IMG/VR virus record: IMGVR_UViG_2974555854_000001
Location: 1-64,000 of that record
Source of the DNA: a virus
Taxonomy: Duplodnaviria; Caudoviricetes
Length of the DNA: 64,000 nucleotides
Strand: one strand, 5' to 3'
Numbering within the stretch: the first letter of the stretch is position 1; every line of letters begins with the position of its first letter. The notes under the pieces are model-generated. The model was not told the DNA's origin and searched no databases. It saw only the letters and a program-made list of their open reading frames with translations. The position numbers and the translations under genes were made by a program. Below are positions 57,592 to 64,000 of the stretch, one piece after another.

Positions 57592-58611
57592 TTAGTTACC
57601 GAAAGGGAATTGACCGTTATATCCAGTGTCTTGACCAGGGAATTGTTGACCACCTTGACCAAATCCTTGACCGCCTTGTTGATTAAAACCTTGTTGTTGG
57701 TCAAAACCAGCTTGTCCACCGAACGTTTGTTGTTGGAAATCGTTAGCTTGCTGTTGGTTGAATTGTGTTTCATTACCGTTAGCAAAACCGCCGTTTTCAT
57801 TTGGTGGGTTAAATCCTGGTGGTGGCCCTTGTTGTTGGTTTTGCTGCTGATTTTGGAAACCGTTTTGTTGTTGGAATCCTTGTTGACCAGCGAAACCATT
57901 TGAGAAACCGCCGCCTTCAGGAGCTTTTAACATCTTGAACTTTTTAACTTCAATGCGTTCAATTTTTTCACCTGAACCTTCAGCCATTCCAAATTCATCA
58001 TAAGTTACATCGTCTTTATTGATGTAATAATAACCGATATCAACGTTAGCACCATCAGGAGTGTTAGCGATTTGTTGAACGATTGCTGGATCAGTAGCTT
58101 CTAATGTAAGAACATTAACATCGATGAAGTCACCATTTGCTCGTGTTGCACGTTGTTTTTTATTTTTACGATCCGTAGCATAGAAAGCTAATTTGAATTG
58201 AATACCGTCTTTCGACTGCTGCTTACCGAAAATTTCACCTGATAAACGGCCCGAAACTTTATCTTCCATTTCTTCACCTTTAACAGTGATTGGTTTCTCT
58301 AACTCAACGAATGATGTGAAGTTAGTGAATGTTTTCCCTGTTGTTGTAACGAACTGACTGATTTGAGCTAATCCAGCACGTACACGCGGTTTAGGTTCAG
58401 CGATTGGGAATTGATTGATACTAGCTTGTGCTTTGTCCAACATTGGAATGCGTAGGTTAACTGAACCGAAACCTGTTGCATTTAGCAGGAAGTCCCAACC
58501 GTATTCTGTTTGATCTTGACGTAAAGCCGGTGTGCCGTAAACTAATTTGCCGACTACCATTCCTAAGTTGTTATAAGCGAAATTTGGGTTAAATTGTGGT
58601 ACTTGATTCAT
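57592..58611 (-). CDS. ssb: single-stranded DNA-binding protein with a long Q/G/N/F tail
   Basis: tandem OB-like beta regions; low-complexity C-terminus; adjacent to the AAA recombinase; start set after GGAGG. Confidence 0.7.
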   Translation of the reverse strand: MNQVPQFNPNFAYNNLGMVVGKLVYGTPALRQDQTEYGWDFLLNATGFGSVNLRIPMLDKAQASINQFPIAEPKPRVRAGLAQISQFVTTTGKTFTNFTSFVELEKPITVKGEEMEDKVSGRLSGEIFGKQQSKDGIQFKLAFYATDRKNKKQRATRANGDFIDVNVLTLEATDPAIVQQIANTPDGANVDIGYYYINKDDVTYDEFGMAEGSGEKIERIEVKKFKMLKAPEGGGFSNGFAGQQGFQQQNGFQNQQQNQQQGPPPGFNPPNENGGFANGNETQFNQQQANDFQQQTFGGQAGFDQQQGFNQQGGQGFGQGGQQFPGQDTGYNGQFPFGN

Positions 58612-58721
58612 AATTTTTTTACCTCCTGATTGGTTAACTACTTTCTGATATAAATATATCATGGATAGTTTTGGTTCGTCAATAATTATTTTTCCATTTA
58701 GTTATAAAAAGTTATAGACGG

Positions 58722-58994
58722 TTATATACTAGTAAGTTCGATCTCGAAACAACGACTTAAAATGTTTGATAATTGTGATTGAGTCTTGTAAGCTTGCATA
58801 CCATTTTTAGTTACGTTAATAGTTAATACATCTGAAGCGTATGTTCCACTCCTACCACGGCCTGAATGTGACATAAACATCTGAAATTCTAAGATGTCAC
58901 CTACTTCAACGTGTTCGAAGAAGTAAGCTTTTGTTTTTGCCTTAATTTCAGTTACTTTGTACTGTTGACTGATTAAAGGTATAGAATCCATCAA
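58722..58994 (-). CDS. hypothetical protein
   Basis: GAGGTG RBS. Confidence 0.6.
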   Translation of the reverse strand: MMDSIPLISQQYKVTEIKAKTKAYFFEHVEVGDILEFQMFMSHSGRGRSGTYASDVLTINVTKNGMQAYKTQSQLSNILSRCFEIELTSI

Positions 58995-59008
58995 ATCACC
59001 TCATAATT

Positions 59009-60043
59009 TTATAGTTCATCAAAACCGTTACTTGATCCAGCTTTCTTGTAATCATCCGGTTTACGTTCGAAGAAGTCAGTTTTCTTAGAACCTTCTGTTT
59101 CGTAAAATTGAATCCAACGTAGCGGATTTGAACGATAACCTTCAAAAATGCGTTCTTTACCAAATCCTAATTCATTTACACGTTTGTTTGCCATGAATTT
59201 AACGTAGTCCTGAACTTCAACAACGTTAAGCCCTTCAATTTTGTTGCCAATGATGTATGAAGCCCAATTAATTTCTAATTCAGCTGCTTTTGTAAAAGTA
59301 TTAATAACAAACTGCTCCATCTTTTTCTTATCAATTTGCGGATTTTCTTCTAAAACTGCTTTAAACAAGTCGCAGAAGAAACCTACGTGAATTTGTTCAT
59401 CACGATTGATAAAGTTAATCATCTTAGCAGTAGCTAACATCTTTTTGTTTCTTGCTAAATTGTAGAAAAATGCAAATCCACTGTAGAAGAATAGCCCTTC
59501 CAGGATAACGTCATAAACCATTGACTCAAGGAAATTTTCTACTGTCTTGTCATCAGTGAACTTTTCATAACCTTTTGCTAGGAAATCATTTCGTTCACGT
59601 AAAACTTCATCTGTACGCCAATAATCGAATGTTTTATCTTGTACAGCGCGGTTAACTAGTGATGATAAAACGTAAGTATAAGATTCATTATGAACAACTT
59701 CCTGGAAAGCAAGTGTGATTAATGTTGCATTTAGTGATGAATCAGTCACATAATCAGCAATACGGCCCACATAATCCGATTGTACAGAATCTAAAAATGC
59801 AAGCAAACCGATAATTTTAAGGAAAGCTTCTTGTTCGTGATCCGTCAAATGAGGAAATTGTTTAATATCGGTGCTCATATCGACTTCATCAGCGAACCAT
59901 GTGTTACTAATCATTTTCTTATATTTCGTACGTGCGAATTGATAACGGATATCTGACCAATTCAGAATGTTTGAGCTTTCACCGTTTACAATTCCTGTTG
60001 ATTTATTAGGAGCACTTACATCGTACAATTTACGTTCTTTCAT
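59009..60043 (-). CDS. nrdB: class I ribonucleotide reductase beta subunit
   Basis: FLDSVQ, EVVHNESY, LEGLFFYSGF, RDEQIH. Confidence 0.92.
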   Translation of the reverse strand: MKERKLYDVSAPNKSTGIVNGESSNILNWSDIRYQFARTKYKKMISNTWFADEVDMSTDIKQFPHLTDHEQEAFLKIIGLLAFLDSVQSDYVGRIADYVTDSSLNATLITLAFQEVVHNESYTYVLSSLVNRAVQDKTFDYWRTDEVLRERNDFLAKGYEKFTDDKTVENFLESMVYDVILEGLFFYSGFAFFYNLARNKKMLATAKMINFINRDEQIHVGFFCDLFKAVLEENPQIDKKKMEQFVINTFTKAAELEINWASYIIGNKIEGLNVVEVQDYVKFMANKRVNELGFGKERIFEGYRSNPLRWIQFYETEGSKKTDFFERKPDDYKKAGSSNGFDEL

Positions 60044-60094
60044 TTAACTCTTCCTCTCTTTTTCAAAAATAAGAAGGGGAATTACCCCCTCCTG

Positions 60095-62425
60095 TTAACT
60101 ATGACAAGATTCACATTCATCAATTACTTCTTGTGATTGACTTCGTACATAATAAGTTGTCTTCAGTCTTTCTCTCCATGCTGTCATGTGTAAGTCAAGC
60201 AGCTCTTTAGCTTTGATTTCACTTGGAACATAAAGGTTGAATGAAACAGCTTGGTCAATATGTTTTTGACGTGCTGCATTCTGTAAGATGCTCCAATTTT
60301 GGTCAATTACATAAGCTGTTTTGTAATACCATTGGTTAGTAGGGTTAATTCCTGGTGCTGTTCTAACCACACGGTATTTACCTTTCTCTTCTTGATACAC
60401 TTTACGGAACACTGGATCAATACTAGCTGTCGTTCCTGCAATGATAGCTGTTGAAGAGTTAGGAGCTACCGCCATTAGGTAAGCATTTCGAATACCGTAT
60501 GTTGATACATCAAGTGCTAAATGATCCCAACGAGTAGGATATTCTTCACTGATATCATCATTCAAAATGTAACCTTTACGAGCGAAGTAATCTCCTGTAT
60601 GCCATTCAGAACCTTCGAATAATGGGTATTCATCTTTTTCTTTTGCTAAATTCATACTAGCTTTGATTGTATAATAAGCAATATCTTCGTACAAACTATC
60701 ATTAAAGTCTACTGCTTCTTGACTTTCCCATCTGATCTTCTTCTGAACAAGCAGATCATGTAGACCGTATGTTCCTAAACCAATAGCACGGTAACGATGG
60801 TTAGTATATTTTGCAACAGCTAAAGGCAAGTCGTTAAGATCGATAACGTTATCCAGCATACGAACCTGGATGTTAATTAATCGTTCTAACACGTCATCAG
60901 TAACAGCACGAGCTAAGTTAATGGAAGACAAGTTACATACTACCATATCACCTAACACTTTTTCTTGAGTCGAACGGCCTGTTTTCAGGTCTAATTTTTC
61001 ATCAAGGTAATAAGTTTGTGATTGATTTTGTGTAATTTCTGTACATAAGTTAGAACAATAAATCATACCTTCGTGTTTCTGTGAATTCTCACGGTTAACT
61101 TGGTCACGATAAAACATATATGGTGTACCTGTTTCCAATTGAGAACGCATGATACCTTTCATGATATCAATAGCAGGAACAACACGCTTATCAAGTTCGT
61201 TGTTATTCACACATTCATAATAGAATTCGCGGAATGAACCACTGATCTTACGATTACCTTCTGCATCAAACTCTTCAACTTCATCATAAAAATCTTCAAT
61301 TCGTTTCCCTGTTACTTTATAGACCTGGTGAGGATCGAATAAATACCAATCTCCACGAGCATCAACTTTCTCCATGAATAAATCAGGGATACAAACGCCG
61401 GTGAAAATGTCACGAGCACGTTTTCTTTCATCACCTGTATTTAATCGAAGATCAAGGAAAGAAAAAATGTCTTGATGCCATACGTCCAAATAGACCGCCA
61501 TTGCACCTTGACGTTGCCCTAACTGATCCACACTGATAGCAGTTTCGTTGATAAGTTTAGTCCACGGTACTGTTCCGCCACAAACACCTTTGAATCCTTT
61601 GATATCTGAACCTAATGAACGAACATGGCCCATATAAACCCCGATACCGCCGCCGTTTTTACTTAATTGAGCAATATTATCAAGCGTTCCGTAGATAGCT
61701 TTAAGATCATCGCCCATTGTATCGATAAAGCAGCTTGATAACTGACCATAACTCTTACCAGCGTTAGCTAATGTTGGTGTAGCAACGGTCATATACAGGC
61801 TAGATAAGGCCCAATATGCTTCTTGCACCAACGCGACACGTTTTTCAGGCTTTTCCATAACCATTAATGTCATTGCAATAATCATAAAACGTTCTTGTGG
61901 TAATTCAAACTTATTTTTCGCATGGTCAGTAGCTAAATATTTATCTTCTAAAGCTAATAATCCTGCATAAGTGAAAAGCTTGTCCATATCAGGATTAATC
62001 ATATCACTGAAGCGGTTAATCTCTTCTTCTGTATATTCAGCTAGAAGACCTTTGTTATAAATACCTTCTTGAGCTAACTTTTTAATCAAGGTATATAACG
62101 AACCGTACTTCTCTTTAGGATCGTAACAACGATTTTTAGCAGCTTTCTTATAAAGATCACGTAAAAAGAATTCAGCTGATAAATATGTCCAGTCAGGTTC
62201 TTCTACTGAAGTGTTCTCACTACTAACCATAAGCAGCAAGTTAGTGATTTGATCTGCTGTATATTCTTCTTTAAACTGAATGCTACCAATAACACTTGCT
62301 TTGAAACGTCTTAACGAAGCATCAGGAATATCAATACCTTCAGCAGCACTATCGATATATCTTTCTAAGCGGTACGGATCAAACGGTAAGCTACGAGCGC
62401 CGTTATCTTTAATGATTTGTGTCAT
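60095..62425 (-). CDS. nrdA: class I ribonucleotide reductase alpha subunit with an ATP-cone-like N-terminus
   Basis: ATPTLAN, QLSSCF, SNLCTE, APNSST, TTYY, C-terminal CESC. Confidence 0.95.
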   Translation of the reverse strand: MTQIIKDNGARSLPFDPYRLERYIDSAAEGIDIPDASLRRFKASVIGSIQFKEEYTADQITNLLLMVSSENTSVEEPDWTYLSAEFFLRDLYKKAAKNRCYDPKEKYGSLYTLIKKLAQEGIYNKGLLAEYTEEEINRFSDMINPDMDKLFTYAGLLALEDKYLATDHAKNKFELPQERFMIIAMTLMVMEKPEKRVALVQEAYWALSSLYMTVATPTLANAGKSYGQLSSCFIDTMGDDLKAIYGTLDNIAQLSKNGGGIGVYMGHVRSLGSDIKGFKGVCGGTVPWTKLINETAISVDQLGQRQGAMAVYLDVWHQDIFSFLDLRLNTGDERKRARDIFTGVCIPDLFMEKVDARGDWYLFDPHQVYKVTGKRIEDFYDEVEEFDAEGNRKISGSFREFYYECVNNNELDKRVVPAIDIMKGIMRSQLETGTPYMFYRDQVNRENSQKHEGMIYCSNLCTEITQNQSQTYYLDEKLDLKTGRSTQEKVLGDMVVCNLSSINLARAVTDDVLERLINIQVRMLDNVIDLNDLPLAVAKYTNHRYRAIGLGTYGLHDLLVQKKIRWESQEAVDFNDSLYEDIAYYTIKASMNLAKEKDEYPLFEGSEWHTGDYFARKGYILNDDISEEYPTRWDHLALDVSTYGIRNAYLMAVAPNSSTAIIAGTTASIDPVFRKVYQEEKGKYRVVRTAPGINPTNQWYYKTAYVIDQNWSILQNAARQKHIDQAVSFNLYVPSEIKAKELLDLHMTAWRERLKTTYYVRSQSQEVIDECESCHS

Positions 62426-62436
62426 AATGACCTCCA

Positions 62437-62820
62437 TTATTTCGTTTTTAAATAAGAAGACGGTTTGATTTCAATGTGTTCATATACCTCTTCTTCAGTT
62501 AACTTTCCTGCATCAATCAATGTTTGAACTTTGTTCAGATCAACGTCATCGTTACGGCACAAGTCGAGAAGTCCACGATCTTTAAGGAAAAACTTCAGCG
62601 ATTCTTTCTGCTTCTTCGTTTCCATATCAATAACCTGGACTCCACCGTAATTAGTTTTGGCATACTCACCGATTGACTGTACTTCGGTCAGGGCCGACTT
62701 CTTGTGCTTTTCTTTTAACTTCTTAGCTGCTGATTCAAGTGATGAATAAAAGCGCCATGCTTCAGTATTATTACTGAATTGCATTTGGTTAATCAATTGA
62801 AGAATTTCTCTTCCATCCAT
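62437..62820 (-). CDS. hypothetical protein
   Basis: GGAGG RBS, 127 aa. Confidence 0.65.
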   Translation of the reverse strand: MDGREILQLINQMQFSNNTEAWRFYSSLESAAKKLKEKHKKSALTEVQSIGEYAKTNYGGVQVIDMETKKQKESLKFFLKDRGLLDLCRNDDVDLNKVQTLIDAGKLTEEEVYEHIEIKPSSYLKTK

Positions 62821-62866
62821 ATAAAAACCTCCATATAAAAGAGCTTATATGAAGATTTTACATGAT

Positions 62867-63055
62867 TTACTTAGATTTTACCAGCTTTTCTTCTTGCATT
62901 TTAGCGATTATTTCACTCAAATTCTTAGAACCTGAACATTGACCTGAACGGTATCCATAATAATATGTAATTACCGCGATAATTTCTCGTAAGGTTTCTT
63001 CATTTTCCCCTTCTAATAAACCACGTAATTCATCAGAAGTGCTGTTCTTTTTCAA
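62867..63055 (-). CDS. hypothetical protein
   Basis: TTG start after AGGGGG; first gene of the - arm. Confidence 0.55.
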   Translation of the reverse strand: MKKNSTSDELRGLLEGENEETLREIIAVITYYYGYRSGQCSGSKNLSEIIAKMQEEKLVKSK

Positions 63056-63097
63056 TAAGGTTTCCCCCCTTTGTTCGTTACTAAAAGTTACTTTATC

Positions 63098-63126
63098 ATT
63101 ATAATACAGAATTGAAATAAAACAAG
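63098..63126 (-). promoter_or_regulatory. sigma-A promoter for the replication arm
   Basis: TATAAT with a TTGTTT/CTTGTT -35 at 16-17 nt spacing. Confidence 0.55.
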
Positions 63127-63278
63127 CCCCTTTATCACATTTGTATTAATTTTGAAATATTTCTCGATTTTTTGTAATGGTACGTGCAATATTTAGATTA
63201 TCGCCCATATATTAGGATTATGAAAAGGAGTTATTAACTACTTAACAACTTCTTCTCACCTACTTAATAAGAAATGGA

Positions 63279-63554
63279 GTGATTAGCTTGTCTAGCAAGT
63301 ACATCCGAAAACCTGTAGTGTTCAATCGTGAATCAGCTTGGCATATGAACATCCTGGAACGTATTGAAGGTGAATCGAACAACTTTTCCGGTTATGTAAT
63401 GTCTATCCTTAAAGAACACTTTGACAGAAAGTTGCCACTTGAGCCAATTATTAAATCTGATCCAGTAAAAACAGAAAAAGAGCAACCGAAATCAGCTGCT
63501 CCTTCCTTCCAAAAACCTGTTAATAACACACCGCCAAAATTATTTGGAAAATGA
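63279..63554 (+). CDS. ribbon-helix-helix-like DNA-binding protein (partition adaptor-like)
   Basis: KPVVFN...NFSGYVMSILKEHF followed by a disordered tail. Confidence 0.5.
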   Translation: MISLSSKYIRKPVVFNRESAWHMNILERIEGESNNFSGYVMSILKEHFDRKLPLEPIIKSDPVKTEKEQPKSAAPSFQKPVNNTPPKLFGK

Positions 63555-63652
63555 ATCGTGGTACTTGCAATTTTTGAATATGAGTAGCATAAACTGTTTG
63601 TGTAACTGAACTTGTGAATGGAGCAAACAGTTTAAATACCACTTCATAGTCA

Positions 63653-63718
63653 TTAAAACGGCCATAACCCCACTAATAAGCCTGTTAACCCAATGCTAAT
63701 TAAGATTGCTTCTACCAT
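63653..63718 (-). CDS. 21-aa hydrophobic micropeptide (not in ORF track)
   Basis: AAGGGAGTGA RBS; MVEAILISIGLTGLLVGLWPF. Confidence 0.55.
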   Translation of the reverse strand: MVEAILISIGLTGLLVGLWPF

Positions 63719-63750
63719 CTTTAAATCACTCCCTTAATTGTTGTTGAACT

Positions 63751-63780
63751 TAGTATGTACGCCTTGTTCAAATCCTATTC
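63751..63780 (-). promoter_or_regulatory. sigma-G-type promoter
   Basis: GAATA-N18-CATACTA, matching the sigma-G consensus including spacing. Confidence 0.6.
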
Positions 63781-63799
63781 ATGAAAAGGAGAATGACAA

Positions 63800-63904
63800 A
63801 TGTTTTCATTTTTGAGTGTCGCTGGTATGTGGATTGTGTGGCATACTGTTGGAATTCCTGCTTACATCAAATACATTAAAAAATTGGAGGAAAACAAAAA
63901 ATGA
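63800..63904 (+). CDS. 34-aa membrane peptide (not in ORF track)
   Basis: AAAGGAG RBS; MFSFLSVAGMWIVWHTVGIPAYIKYIKKLEENKK. Confidence 0.6.
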   Translation: MFSFLSVAGMWIVWHTVGIPAYIKYIKKLEENKK

Positions 63905-64000
63905 AAAAATATGAAGTGATCCCATTCAATCAGTTTATGACAGGTGAATATATGGAGCTTGAAGCTATTGTGAAAAACCAATATACAGAAAAAACAATCA
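63901..64000 (+). CDS. truncated ORF at the window edge
   Basis: ATGA overlap; MKKYEVIPFNQFMTGEY... Confidence 0.55.
   Translation, partial: MKKYEVIPFNQFMTGEYMELEAIVKNQYTEKTI

Noticed and set aside
57700-57900. TGTTG/TTG-rich tract as a DNA repeat element
   Set aside because: It is explained by the Gln/Asn/Gly codons of the SSB tail.
59009-62425. Introns or inteins in the RNR genes, as in SPbeta
   Set aside because: Both ORFs are uninterrupted and of normal length; thyA and terL are also intact.
417-62468. Many short track ORFs antisense to or nested in real genes (e.g. 11966-12316, 15040-15387, 29814-30290, 43205-43507, 57610-57903)
   Set aside because: They lack RBSs and mirror the codon periodicity of long, well-supported genes.
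1-64000. CRISPR array, tRNA, integrase, arbitrium aimR/aimP
   Set aside because: No repeat-spacer array, cloverleaf, recombinase motif or TPR receptor/peptide pair was found in this window.

Overview
This window is a continuous segment of a large, AT-rich (roughly 35% GC by eye) Bacillus-type siphovirus or prophage with an SPbeta-like head module. Bases 1-10.7 kb hold small early/accessory genes (two look broken), a clamp-like protein, a sigma-70-type factor, a dimeric dUTPase, an RsfA homologue and a metallophosphoesterase. Bases 10.9-44.1 kb (+) are the late genes: LysM cell-wall hydrolase, terminase, portal, protease/scaffold, capsid, an unusually split tail module with several fibre/receptor-binding cassettes, tape measure, tail tip and lysis genes. 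Bases 44.2-63.1 kb (-) are the replication and nucleotide-metabolism genes (RuvC, ThyA, SigF/G-like sigma, nuclease, primase, helicase, Gmk, PhoH, DnaQ-like exonuclease, AAA ATPase, SSB, class I RNR). The right end starts a further + module. The main signals beyond the gene list are: (1) a probable sporulation-stage programme (SigF/G-like sigma, RsfA homologue, sporulation-type promoters in front of unannotated membrane micropeptides); (2) a fixed-spacing late promoter GAGAAA-N17-TATTAAT found 8 times; (3) apparent absence of CCAGA/TCTGG, GGWCC and RGATCY with enrichment of CCWGG; (4) a second tail-tube-like paralogue and two candidate programmed frameshifts. All product calls come from motif recognition and k-mer counts were done by eye; no searches were run. 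No integrase, tRNA or CRISPR array was seen.
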